The translations under genes were made by a program, and so were the position numbers. 64,000 nucleotides of DNA from Maribacter sp. (lineage in GTDB: Bacteria; Bacteroidota; Bacteroidia; Flavobacteriales; Flavobacteriaceae): assembly GCF_039974175.1 (NCBI RefSeq), contig NZ_JBDWJN010000012.1, positions 60,724 to 124,723 of the forward strand. The letters run 5' to 3'. Under the pieces are notes generated by a model. It did no database searches, was not told the origin of the DNA, and saw only the letters and a program-made list of their open reading frames with translations. Shown piece by piece: positions 40,941 to 50,132 of the stretch (positions are counted from its first letter, which is position 1; every line of letters starts with the position of its first letter).

Positions 40941-41747
40941 TCAAATATTAGAATCAATAAAGATTTTCCAATTGCCGTTCGCGTCTTTTTTCCAAACTAG
41001 TATATATTTTCCATTATAGCTGCCGCTGCACTGCCCAATTTCAAAGGCGAAGTTCGCGTTTACTACCCTTAATGTTAAGGGGTGTAGCTGAAGCGAATAA
41101 TTTTCATTATTCATATAGGCATACTCCTTTATCAAGTCTTCCATACCTCTTACCAATGGTTTGTGATTGAAATATATGGTATTGGGGCTGTAGAGTGCAA
41201 TGACCAGCTTTTCGGCATCATGCGCATTGCAAAGCTGCATCCATAATTTTCTGCTATGGGCTATCTCGGTGGTATCTACGTTCACAGCTGCTGCATTACT
41301 TGCCTCGGCAAACTCAAATTCTCGAATGGCCTTATTCGCTTCTTTTTTCCAAATTACAAGCTGAACATATTCTTGAAGGCTATCGGTCTCATAGCGAAGC
41401 AATTCATAATGTATACCCCGTTCTTCGTTTGCCTCTACTTTAAACAAGGTTTCAAGAGCGGTAATTTTATTTTTGCGCATCGTGTAATACTTGGCTATTT
41501 GCGCTGAACCATTGCATACGCTGTCAGCCGTAATCACAGCAATGGCATGAGCGGCATAGTTCTTTTCTAAAGCCTTGGTGTTCTTGTCGTTTATGGCATC
41601 GACCCAATCAATACTATTAGCGGCAATCTTTTTAGAGCGAACTACATCGGTCTTTGCATCGGGCATTTTTTCTCTTTTGCCCTCCGCTTGCTTACAGGCA
41701 ACGATGGTCAAGAGCACGAGTAACAGCAACAAGGTTTTTAATTTCAT
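40941..41747 (-). CDS. Lipoprotein with two SnoaL/DUF4440-like halves
   Basis: LTIVACKQ lipobox; two similar halves, the second ending ...KYILVWKKDANGNWKIFIDSN. Confidence 0.55.
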   Translation of the reverse strand: MKLKTLLLLLVLLTIVACKQAEGKREKMPDAKTDVVRSKKIAANSIDWVDAINDKNTKALEKNYAAHAIAVITADSVCNGSAQIAKYYTMRKNKITALETLFKVEANEERGIHYELLRYETDSLQEYVQLVIWKKEANKAIREFEFAEASNAAAVNVDTTEIAHSRKLWMQLCNAHDAEKLVIALYSPNTIYFNHKPLVRGMEDLIKEYAYMNNENYSLQLHPLTLRVVNANFAFEIGQCSGSYNGKYILVWKKDANGNWKIFIDSNI

Positions 41748-41822
41748 TTGTATTTTCTTAATGATGATTCATTTGTTTAGGGGTAGCTCCTAATTCGAAG
41801 CGACTATTTGAATTTATATGGG

Positions 41823-42125
41823 CTATGGGCTCATCTTGGTTAACTTCAGGTATTCTTTTGCCCTAAAAATAATTCGAAATAGCGAGGGGCCATCTCCACT
41901 TTTTAGCTCAAGCGCGATATGCGAAAGCGTGTCTGCTTCAAATTCAATTAAATTTGAAGAACACCAATCAATTTTTGCCTGAACGGTATGTTTGCCCGTG
42001 GGAACATCCAATTCGAGTTGCTCGCCATTCTTAATGGTTGCAACTATCTTTCCATCAAGGTTTATTTGAATTTTCCTTGCCCGGTTTTCAAATTCTGAAA
42101 TGCGTTTTATGCTTAGTTTTGGCAT
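41823..42125 (-). CDS. Hypothetical 100-aa protein
   Basis: ORF 12 nt downstream of the Crp-family gene on the same strand. Confidence 0.5.
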   Translation of the reverse strand: MPKLSIKRISEFENRARKIQINLDGKIVATIKNGEQLELDVPTGKHTVQAKIDWCSSNLIEFEADTLSHIALELKSGDGPSLFRIIFRAKEYLKLTKMSP

Positions 42126-42137
42126 TGCTTTTGAAGC

Positions 42138-42749
42138 TTATATTTGCTCGGAGTCTAATTTTTTTAGCAAGCGATTCAAGGCTCTTGCAGTTATTCCCAA
42201 ATAACTTGAAATATCACTTTTTATCAATCTTACCTTGGTGTCTTTTGACAGCATCATCAAATTTTTCAAGGTTTTTTCGGTGGAGTAGGTTTGTTGATAC
42301 GAAGCCCTGATGGCCGTATCTTTTAATTTTACGGCAAGGGCCTTTGATAAAAGCACATTAAAGTGCGGATACGCTGCTTTTACCTCAGCGAATGCCAATC
42401 TTGAAATTTTTAGCGCGCTCACTTTGCTGAGTGCGATGACACTGCAAAAGCTTAGGCCACCAAGTAACAGTTCGATCTCTCCGACCAGTTGGCCTTTTCC
42501 GAGGAACTCTTGCACGAATTCTTTTCCATTCTCCTCGGTAACGAAGCATTTTGTCAACCCATCTCTGATCAAAAAAATATCATTTCCCATTTGCCCCTGT
42601 TGAATGATGCTATCACCAGCACCAAAAGATAGCTCAGAAACTCCGGGCAATTCTAGGAATCCTTTTGTATGCTCAAGGAAGTTCAAAATCTCGGAACCCG
42701 TTCGTATTATCGTGTTCGTTGAGACAATTGTCCTTTCAGAACTAAACAT
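42138..42749 (-). CDS. Crp/Fnr-family transcriptional regulator
   Basis: cNMP-binding pattern (IFLIRDG...GEIELLLG) plus C-terminal HTH (ISSYLGITARALNRLLKKL). Confidence 0.75.
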   Translation of the reverse strand: MFSSERTIVSTNTIIRTGSEILNFLEHTKGFLELPGVSELSFGAGDSIIQQGQMGNDIFLIRDGLTKCFVTEENGKEFVQEFLGKGQLVGEIELLLGGLSFCSVIALSKVSALKISRLAFAEVKAAYPHFNVLLSKALAVKLKDTAIRASYQQTYSTEKTLKNLMMLSKDTKVRLIKSDISSYLGITARALNRLLKKLDSEQI

Positions 42750-42784
42750 ATTTATTTTTCTTTGAATATAATTAATAATTCACC

Positions 42785-43744
42785 ATGAAAAAACTGATAA
42801 TCGACACCGACCCTGGTATAGATGACGCCATGGCAATTCAGATGGCTTTGAACGCTCAAGAACTTGATATTATGGGTTTAACCACTGTCTTCGGGAATGT
42901 CAATATTGACCTTACTACGAGCAATGCCCTACGAATACTTGATCTTGCCGGAAGAAACGACATTGCCGTGGCAAAGGGAGCCGAGCACCCTTTAAAGACT
43001 AAGTTTGCCGGCGGTGTTCCGTTTGTTCATGGTGATGATGGGCAGGGCAATACCTATAAGCCAGCCAGCAAGAGTTCAGCAGTGGAGCTTTCCGCTTCGG
43101 CATTCTTAGTCGAACATATTCTAAGGTATCCTGGAGAAGTGACCATAGCGGCGCTGGGGCCTTTGACCAATCTGGCAATGGCCTTACAAATGGAACCTCA
43201 GATACAGCAGCTTGTAAAAGAGATCGTCATTATGGGCGGCAATGCTTTTTGCGCTGGCAATGCCACCCCTGCTGCCGAGGCGAATATGTATTCCGATCCG
43301 GAGGCAGCAGATATCGTATTTGGTGCTGATTGGTCATTGACAATGGTCGGGCTTGATGTTACCCATAAAACCGTACTCTCAAAGCACGATATTGCTGAAA
43401 TTTCTACCTCGAAGACGCCCTTGAATCGCCATGTGATGGAGGCCTATAAATTCTATCAAGACTTTTTCAAGAAAGCCAATAAAATGGACGGAACATATCT
43501 TCATGATGCTTCGGTAATTGCCTACCTACTAGATCGTAGTCTGTACCAAACCGCCGCCTACCCCATACGTGTTGAAACTAGCGATTGCCTCGGAAAGGGT
43601 AAGGTTTGGCCATCTGATGGAGCCTCAGATCAGGAAGAAAGACCCGCTTTGCGCCCATGGCGAAACCGGCCTTTGGTGAATGTATGTGTTGATGTGAACG
43701 CCAAGGAGGTCATCGACTTGGTGAAAAGTAAGCTGATGCTATAA
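42785..43744 (+). CDS. Nucleoside hydrolase (IUNH family)
   Basis: N-terminal DTDPGIDDAMAI aspartate cluster. Confidence 0.9.
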   Translation: MKKLIIDTDPGIDDAMAIQMALNAQELDIMGLTTVFGNVNIDLTTSNALRILDLAGRNDIAVAKGAEHPLKTKFAGGVPFVHGDDGQGNTYKPASKSSAVELSASAFLVEHILRYPGEVTIAALGPLTNLAMALQMEPQIQQLVKEIVIMGGNAFCAGNATPAAEANMYSDPEAADIVFGADWSLTMVGLDVTHKTVLSKHDIAEISTSKTPLNRHVMEAYKFYQDFFKKANKMDGTYLHDASVIAYLLDRSLYQTAAYPIRVETSDCLGKGKVWPSDGASDQEERPALRPWRNRPLVNVCVDVNAKEVIDLVKSKLML

Positions 43745-43787
43745 TACCCTGTTCAACGCCTGAGCGGCATATAGAGGTGCCGCACTT

Positions 43788-44159
43788 TTAATCTTTGATC
43801 AGCTTGTCGCTAAGTATTTTGTTTTGCACGTCAAAACGGTATTCAAAGGTATACTTGCCTTCGGCTAGGGGCGTTTCACCTACGTAATCAATAGGTATCC
43901 AACCGTAGGCCTCACCATCAATGGTAATACTGACACTCCCATAATGATAGGCCCCTTTAAAAAGTCTGTATTCCGATTTTTCATTGGGCGCCAAGTTGCC
44001 AAAATTCTCACCGTTAAAGGTGGCGTCTTCAAAGGCAACCGTACTGGTATTGGCTAACCTGATCTGCACCTCGGTGTTAGCATCACCGCCATCGTCGGTA
44101 TCGGAACATGATACCAACAAGCAGACGGAAAGTATAAAAAAAACAGTTCGAATAACCAT
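43788..44159 (-). CDS. Hypothetical lipoprotein
   Basis: LLVSCSDTDD lipobox; 123 aa. Confidence 0.6.
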   Translation of the reverse strand: MVIRTVFFILSVCLLVSCSDTDDGGDANTEVQIRLANTSTVAFEDATFNGENFGNLAPNEKSEYRLFKGAYHYGSVSITIDGEAYGWIPIDYVGETPLAEGKYTFEYRFDVQNKILSDKLIKD

Positions 44160-44336
44160 ATCAGTTTATTGATAAGATTCGGATTTGCTTTAGGGGTTGC
44201 GTCTTTGTGTAAGAATCTTAATAGTTGCATGTTTATTAAAGCCTAATAAATTTAACCATTATACTTTAGCGCATCGATATAAGGCTATTCTGAGCGCTTT
44301 TGTTCGCCCGTTTTGTTTTCAAAAAAGCGCATTTCC

Positions 44337-44657
44337 TTATCGAGATGAACTAATACCCACCAAACTCCATATAATAAATAGTCCGATTAATCCTATTCGT
44401 GCATACCCAAGGAAGGCACTTAGCAATAGTAAAAGACTTAGAATCATTACTATGGTTTTTATGCCTTTACCGAGTTTTCCTTTCGGCTTAGCGGTCTTGT
44501 TATTACGATGTAGTCGATTTAAGAAAATTTCATCCGATCTTTTGAGATAGTGGTCTATTTCAGATTCCTCAAACCCGTTCTCTTTCATTTTCTTTTTTAT
44601 CGCATTAGCATCAAAACCTTTTTCTCTCAACGAAATACTATATTCTAATTTTTTCAT
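44337..44657 (-). CDS. Hypothetical small membrane protein
   Basis: Charged N-terminal half plus two C-terminal TM segments; preferred over the overlapping plus-strand ORF 44197-44550. Confidence 0.45.
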   Translation of the reverse strand: MKKLEYSISLREKGFDANAIKKKMKENGFEESEIDHYLKRSDEIFLNRLHRNNKTAKPKGKLGKGIKTIVMILSLLLLLSAFLGYARIGLIGLFIIWSLVGISSSR

Positions 44658-44716
44658 AACCCGATTGATTGTTACTACGGTCTAGGCTTGTATATCAGTG
44701 CGTGCTGTGTTTTTAC

Positions 44717-45331
44717 TTATTTGAGTTCCAATGCATTTATCTGGGCCGCTACTTCTTCAACTTGGGTTCTATTACCATCGGTTTGAAATCTATTTCCAAA
44801 AACCATTTGATATGTTCTCCCAAGATACAACGAGAATGCATTGTAATCTAGCTCTCCTTCTTTATAAGCTTGGTATATTTTGCTAAAATGCTTTTTTCTT
44901 GCTGCTATAGAATTTGAATGATGAATAATGGCCCATGGAGCCATAAATGCTTTAGTTCCGTGTTTATTTTTACTTGGATAGCCGTGTTTCAGAAGATACC
45001 CGTCGATTTTGATGAAATTTAAGGAATCAAGTCTCACGAACTTCTTTGAAAACTCAATATCTTCCTTTGAATTCCGACCAAATTCAAGAACGATTTTTGA
45101 ACTTTGGTTTTGTCTCAATCTTTGATCTTCGTCTGCTAAAAATTCAAGATACTCCTTTTGTGATTGGAAGGTTGTTAATTTGTCAATGTTTGAGTTAATC
45201 CTTGCTAAATCAAATTCCGAATTTTGCCTACATCCAAGCAGAATGCATAGAAAGGCAATAACGATATTCAATTTTTTGATTTTAAGCCAAAGAAATACCC
45301 GCGCTTTTAAAGCGCTATTAAAAATATCCAT
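44717..45331 (-). CDS. Hypothetical lipoprotein
   Basis: LLGCRQN lipobox; start codon abuts a junction-motif copy. Confidence 0.55.
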   Translation of the reverse strand: MDIFNSALKARVFLWLKIKKLNIVIAFLCILLGCRQNSEFDLARINSNIDKLTTFQSQKEYLEFLADEDQRLRQNQSSKIVLEFGRNSKEDIEFSKKFVRLDSLNFIKIDGYLLKHGYPSKNKHGTKAFMAPWAIIHHSNSIAARKKHFSKIYQAYKEGELDYNAFSLYLGRTYQMVFGNRFQTDGNRTQVEEVAAQINALELK

Positions 45332-45343
45332 TATTTGAACTTC
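45330..45343 (-). repeat. Junction motif copy (plus strand aTTATTTGAACTTc; 12/14 to TTTATTTGAACTTT)
   Basis: Lies between the TPR gene stop (45351) and the next start (45331). Confidence 0.7.
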
Positions 45344-45350
45344 ACTATTC

Positions 45351-46472
45351 TTAATTGCAATGTTTTTCTATAAACTCATTCGCGTCAGAATCTCCCAACT
45401 GTATAGCTCTTTTGAAGTCGATACAAGCCTGTGAATTTTGTTTTAGTTCAATTCTTGATTTGCCCCGGTTGCGATATGAAAAGGCATAATTCGGATCGAG
45501 TTCAATTGCCTTATCAAAATCATCCATTGATTCCCTAAAATAACCTAGATTATACTTGGAAAGACCACGATTGTTATATGGTAATGCCATATTAGGAGCC
45601 ATTTGAATTGCTTTTGTAAAATCTTTTATAGAACCCTTATAATCTTTTCGATTACTTCTTACCCGGGCAACTCCTCTATTGATATAAGGTATGGGGTAAC
45701 TAGGATCGACTTTAATTGCTTTAGTGTGGTCCTTTATAGCACTTCTAAAATCATTTTGTTTACTCCTTAAGTTACCTCTATTGGTGTAAGAAATTGCATG
45801 CTTGGGGTCAATTTTAATTGCTCGATTATAATCCGATAGCGCACCGGAAGGATTTTTAAGACTTTCCTTCAGTAAACCTCTATTGCAATAAAAAGGCGCG
45901 TGATTAGGATTAATTGAAAGAGCCTGATTATAATCATCCATCGCACCCTCATAATCTCCTAAATGAAACTTAGACCTACCTCTACCACCGAAAACTAAAT
46001 CACTTCTCAAACCTAATTGAAAAGCCTTATTTAAATCATCCAATGCTTTTTCATAATTCTTCAAATCGTTTTTGGCCGTACCTCGACTAGAATATGCCTC
46101 ACTGTAATCTGACTTTAGGGTAATGGCCTCAGAAAAGTCTTCAATTGCATTTTCGAAGTTCTTAAGCCTTGCTTTGGCAAGACCTCTTTGGTAATATGCT
46201 TCGGGAAATTTGGGGCGAAGTTCCAATGCTGTGGTAAAATCCACAATTGCAGATTCATAGTTCTTGAGATGTAACTTACCTTGCCCAATGTTAAAATATG
46301 CTCCAGGGGAATCGCCTTCATTCTTAATGACCTTTTTAAAATTCCTTATAGATTGTTTGAACTTCCCCTTGGCAAGAAGGAATTGTGCGTTTTTATATAA
46401 TTTACTATCGGTTTGACCTTGTGAAGGAATACAGGCACATAAAAAACAAAGTGTTATAATAAATGGTTTCAT
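45351..46472 (-). CDS. Tetratricopeptide-repeat protein, exported
   Basis: About 9 consecutive 34-aa TPR units (A..Y..RG......Y..A..D...A....P). Confidence 0.85.
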   Translation of the reverse strand: MKPFIITLCFLCACIPSQGQTDSKLYKNAQFLLAKGKFKQSIRNFKKVIKNEGDSPGAYFNIGQGKLHLKNYESAIVDFTTALELRPKFPEAYYQRGLAKARLKNFENAIEDFSEAITLKSDYSEAYSSRGTAKNDLKNYEKALDDLNKAFQLGLRSDLVFGGRGRSKFHLGDYEGAMDDYNQALSINPNHAPFYCNRGLLKESLKNPSGALSDYNRAIKIDPKHAISYTNRGNLRSKQNDFRSAIKDHTKAIKVDPSYPIPYINRGVARVRSNRKDYKGSIKDFTKAIQMAPNMALPYNNRGLSKYNLGYFRESMDDFDKAIELDPNYAFSYRNRGKSRIELKQNSQACIDFKRAIQLGDSDANEFIEKHCN

Positions 46473-46550
46473 TGGTTGGGATTACTTATTAATATTAATT
46501 TAATTTTTGATGAGTAATTAGTATTATCTATAATTTAGAGCTATTCATCG

Positions 46551-46564
46551 TTTAACTGAACTTT
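46551..46564 (-). repeat. Degenerate junction motif copy (TTTAACTGAACTTT; 12/14)
   Basis: Overlaps the stop codon of 46563-47000, upstream of the TPR gene. Confidence 0.45.
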
Positions 46565-47000
46565 AAATGGAGGTGTCTCCAGTCTGAATCAATTTTTTGA
46601 ATTCATTTAATTTGGAATCGCTTGCTCCTATCCAGAACTTTAATTTTTCATCCATGGAGTTTTGATTGATAAATACCATCTGATGAAGATAAAACGGGAT
46701 GCCTAATAACCGTATTCTTGTAGATGTCGACTCGATTGACTTTATCTTCTGTATTTTAACTCTCCTGTTTTCATGTTTGCTTTTTAAATATAAAAAATCA
46801 GAGTCGTAAAAGAAGTTGAATGTAGTAGAATCAATTTTCTTAAGCCAGAAATATGATAGTCCACTTACGCTGACCAAAGCACAAAGTAACCAATAGTAGT
46901 CGTTTCTTAAAAAGACATAGGATAGGAGAAATCCAATTAATCCAAAAATTATTGGAGTAGACATCCGTATGTTTCGATTATTTGCTGAAAGTTCCTTCAC
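46563..47000 (-). CDS. Hypothetical membrane protein
   Basis: Two N-terminal TM segments; GTG at 47000 or ATG at 46964 as start. Confidence 0.5.
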   Translation of the reverse strand: MKELSANNRNIRMSTPIIFGLIGFLLSYVFLRNDYYWLLCALVSVSGLSYFWLKKIDSTTFNFFYDSDFLYLKSKHENRRVKIQKIKSIESTSTRIRLLGIPFYLHQMVFINQNSMDEKLKFWIGASDSKLNEFKKLIQTGDTSI

Positions 47001-47012
47001 AAATTGTTATCC

Positions 47013-47026
47013 TTTATTTGAACTTT
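47013..47026 (-). repeat. Junction motif copy (TTTATTTGAACTTT; 14/14)
   Basis: 13 nt upstream of the GTG at 47000. Confidence 0.8.
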
Positions 47027-47110
47027 GGTTATGCTTACTAAAATAGGCATATCAATTAATCTTTAAAGAACAGAACTATAGCTTTTCATATGAGGTTTTG
47101 TTAGCAACCG

Positions 47111-48037
47111 TTATTTTACCTTCAATAATCGTTGCCGAGCAATATTCCTAAATCCTGTCCAAGCATTTACTGAGTCAAATGGTAAATCCATTTCAATTTG
47201 GTTATCGGTGAACCTTGTTTTCCAATTTCCTCCTTTAGAAATTCCATTGTTAGAGGTCAGTTCAGAGACATTTCCGAGAATCCCATACAATCCATAAATG
47301 TTTGCTCCCAAAGCCATTGCTTCGCATGTTGCAATTCCACATCTACTTTTCTTAATTTTCGTTTTGGCTTTTGAATGGAATTCTGTTGTATTATATAAGT
47401 AATTGTACTTCTTTAATGTTTTTTTATTTTCTCTCCAATTAGAATCAATTCCATTAGGAAAATTTGAGCCCCGTCCGGCGATTAATTCCCATTCATTTTT
47501 GTTCGGTAAAATGTATTCAGGAACTAATATATTTTCTTTGGATATTATCCAGTCGTAATTACCGTTTATATATTTTTCTATTGTAAAATAATTGTCCTTT
47601 GTATAAGTGAATTCGGGTTTAATCAGACCCTTTCTAATTAGTAATATTTCAGCAACCCTATCCGTTCTCCATTTACTAAATAATTCTGCCTGTTTAAGAG
47701 AAATTCCAACAACAGGATACTCAGCAAAATGTGGTTGGGTAAAATACTGTTCATTTAATTTGCCAGAAAATTCGGTGTTATCCCAAATCGATTTATCCAA
47801 CTGTATTTGTTTAAATTCAATAGAGTTTTTTCCAAATATTTCTTCAGTCCAATCTATAAATTCTAGGTACATTACATTGGTGGTTTCTGTTTCGTCGGCA
47901 TAGAGATTTTCATTAATAAATATAAGCCCCGGTCCAGTAACAACTTCATATTGTTGATTGTCAATCATCAAATATTTGGTTGTATCACAGGATGATAAAA
48001 GGATAAAAAAAAGAATTAATGTAATTCTATAAATCAT
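47111..48037 (-). CDS. FGE-sulfatase (SUMF1/GldJ-like) domain lipoprotein
   Basis: LLSSCDTT lipobox; C-terminal NVSELT...KGGNW...AWTGFRNIA pattern of the formylglycine-generating-enzyme fold. Confidence 0.65.
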   Translation of the reverse strand: MIYRITLILFFILLSSCDTTKYLMIDNQQYEVVTGPGLIFINENLYADETETTNVMYLEFIDWTEEIFGKNSIEFKQIQLDKSIWDNTEFSGKLNEQYFTQPHFAEYPVVGISLKQAELFSKWRTDRVAEILLIRKGLIKPEFTYTKDNYFTIEKYINGNYDWIISKENILVPEYILPNKNEWELIAGRGSNFPNGIDSNWRENKKTLKKYNYLYNTTEFHSKAKTKIKKSRCGIATCEAMALGANIYGLYGILGNVSELTSNNGISKGGNWKTRFTDNQIEMDLPFDSVNAWTGFRNIARQRLLKVK

Positions 48038-48081
48038 TTATTAATGGTTGCTAACGGTTGGGCTCGCATGTTAAATTATCC

Positions 48082-48094
48082 TTTATTAAACTTT
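48082..48094 (-). repeat. Variant junction motif copy (TTTATTAAACTTT)
   Basis: Preceded by the same ATCC as the 47013 and 60171 copies; 45 nt upstream of the 48037 start. Confidence 0.5.
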
Positions 48095-48153
48095 AGAAAA
48101 CTTTTAAACGGCTTTGTAAAAGACACCTTAAAGCTTAAGCTTGCTTGCCAAAA

Positions 48154-49005
48154 CTACACATAAACATATAGCGGTGAAACTATTCGTTTTTCTCCATTCC
48201 TTTCGGTCATCGCTAGCTTAGCCGGGTCAGCATTAGGCAATACCACAGTCTTAGTTGTAGTAGCGATATCGGTATACGTTAATTGAAATTTAGGTTTGAT
48301 AATTCCTAAGGGTATTGCAAATTCGCTGGTCAGTTGCCATGCGTTCTGGCCATTTGCAAGGGTGGTTTCTACTGCTTTGCTAAAGGGTATGTCAGCAGCA
48401 CCGTCAATAGATCGAATATTCAATTGCGAAATACCATGGCCAAATATATGATATTGCCAAAGCGTGTGTCTAGTTTCGAAGCGAATTTCAAATTGACCAG
48501 GGCTATTGGTATCAAAAGATGCCTTCATGCTGGCACTAGCAATTTGTAATGTACCCAGCTTAAGTGCATCTGGCTGATCAACAAATCGAGGATGGAGCGT
48601 TACACTTTCATTGTTGCTTTGGTTGAGTTCATCTTCACTTGCATAAACCAAAAGCCCCTGAAAATCTGTGGGAAGCTTGGTATAATTGAAAAAATTGGGG
48701 TCGGTGCTTGCGATATTAAAATCAAGTGGCGCCCTCTCATCGAAATAGGCATCATAAGAAGCTTCGGTTTCGGCATAAAGTTGAACCCCGTTTTGCACCT
48801 GCCTCAGAATAAAAGCATGCCTGGCAAGCAATGCAATTGTAGCTTGGCTGGGGCTACATCGTAAAAAAGAATGCGGCTTATTTTCAAAATAGGCATGCCG
48901 TGCTTGCATTGAAAACAAGAGTTTGTAATTCGTTCTGTTCATTGTTTCGCTTGATTGATTTAGTGATAGTTCTTCATCGTTGAATTGGACTTTAATTCTA
49001 TTCAA
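48154..49005 (-). CDS. Hypothetical cytoplasmic protein (orphan)
   Basis: 283-aa ORF from TTG 49005; ATG at 48942 is an alternative start; no recognisable motif. Confidence 0.55.
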   Translation of the reverse strand: MNRIKVQFNDEELSLNQSSETMNRTNYKLLFSMQARHAYFENKPHSFLRCSPSQATIALLARHAFILRQVQNGVQLYAETEASYDAYFDERAPLDFNIASTDPNFFNYTKLPTDFQGLLVYASEDELNQSNNESVTLHPRFVDQPDALKLGTLQIASASMKASFDTNSPGQFEIRFETRHTLWQYHIFGHGISQLNIRSIDGAADIPFSKAVETTLANGQNAWQLTSEFAIPLGIIKPKFQLTYTDIATTTKTVVLPNADPAKLAMTERNGEKRIVSPLYVYV

Positions 49006-49111
49006 GAATTGAAACGGTAAGCTGGAGACACCACTTTAAAGCCATCCTCATAAGTTTCACCTCTTTCATTCAGACTTCAGGTTCGCACCCTTACCCTAAG
49101 TTGGTATACTT

Positions 49112-49531
49112 TTATTTTTGTTGGTTCAGGTTTTCATCGCTATCAAGTCTTTCATTAAAGGCATTATTTTGCTGAAGTATCTTTTTTTGTTGCATTCCTC
49201 TAATCAAAAAAGAAATTCCCGAAAATGTAATTATAGCACCGAATAATAGAGAAAGAAATAGCAGCACAAAAACTCCTGAGATCATTAAAAAGATACCGTA
49301 ATTAATGTTTTTCTTAGGATGCAGAGAACCCTTTTGAGATTGGGCATTTCCAGCGGCATCAAGTTTAAGATTTAACTTTCTATCAGCTTCTTTTTCATCT
49401 TTCAAGAATAGCTCACAGCTATCTTCAAAGTCAGGTTTTTCATTGGTTAAGGCACAAAGCAGCCCTTTTTCGAAATCAATCTTTCTATTTTGACAAATGG
49501 TACAAAATACGAGTCTTTCATTTAATGTCAT
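49112..49531 (-). CDS. Zinc-ribbon-like N-terminal domain plus two-TM membrane protein
   Basis: CTICQNRK...C...C cysteine pattern, then hydrophobic segments; start set to ATG 49531. Confidence 0.55.
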   Translation of the reverse strand: MTLNERLVFCTICQNRKIDFEKGLLCALTNEKPDFEDSCELFLKDEKEADRKLNLKLDAAGNAQSQKGSLHPKKNINYGIFLMISGVFVLLFLSLLFGAIITFSGISFLIRGMQQKKILQQNNAFNERLDSDENLNQQK

Positions 49532-49547
49532 TAGAATGTTTTTAGCG

Positions 49548-49561
49548 TTTCTTTGAACTTT
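49548..49561 (-). repeat. Junction motif copy (TTTCTTTGAACTTT; 13/14)
   Basis: Lies in the 34-nt gap between the beta-barrel gene stop (49566) and ATG 49531. Confidence 0.65.
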
Positions 49562-49565
49562 TGAG

Positions 49566-50132
49566 TTAGAATCGAAAACCAACCCCAATTTTTAGCAGGT
49601 TGATGTTGGTGTTGAATTTGAGGTCGGGAGCACCGTCAACTGGTGAAAGCTTGATAATATCATAGTGTAGGAGAGCGAAAAATCTGGAGCTGAAATTGAT
49701 CGATAATCCAGCGTTTGCATTAAATCCGCTTTGGTTCTGATTTAAATCGGCACTATCTAATAAAAATGAATTTGCCCTAAAATTCACAAAAGTATACCCT
49801 ATACCCAAGGAGGGTGTGATTTTTTGCAAACCAGGCAAGTGTAACGCTCCAAAAATACCTGGTTGAATAAATAAAGCCTTAACCGTACTTGATTGAGGAA
49901 CTAAATCATTGTCAAAAACCAGGTAACTCCCATTGGCTGATGCGCCTATTTTCACAATACCCGTATCAACAAAACGGTACTGTACCCCCATATCTGCAAC
50001 TCCCGTATAATTTTCACCTATAAAATTCTTATCAATAGGCAAGGGGTAGGATAGGGTTACACTAAATTTAGTGTCTTGCGCATAACTGACGGAAACAAAA
50101 AGAAAACAAACTATAGGTACTAGATATTTCAA
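49566..50132 (-). CDS. Small outer-membrane beta-barrel (porin-family) protein
   Basis: Signal peptide ending SYAQ, alternating beta pattern, C-terminal GVGFRF; TTG start. Confidence 0.65.
   Translation of the reverse strand: MKYLVPIVCFLFVSVSYAQDTKFSVTLSYPLPIDKNFIGENYTGVADMGVQYRFVDTGIVKIGASANGSYLVFDNDLVPQSSTVKALFIQPGIFGALHLPGLQKITPSLGIGYTFVNFRANSFLLDSADLNQNQSGFNANAGLSINFSSRFFALLHYDIIKLSPVDGAPDLKFNTNINLLKIGVGFRF

Noticed and set aside
44197-44550. 117-aa plus-strand ORF overlapping 44337-44657
   Set aside because: The minus-strand alternative has a more protein-like layout (charged N-terminal domain plus TM helices) and matches the orientation of the neighbouring string. The decision is low-confidence.
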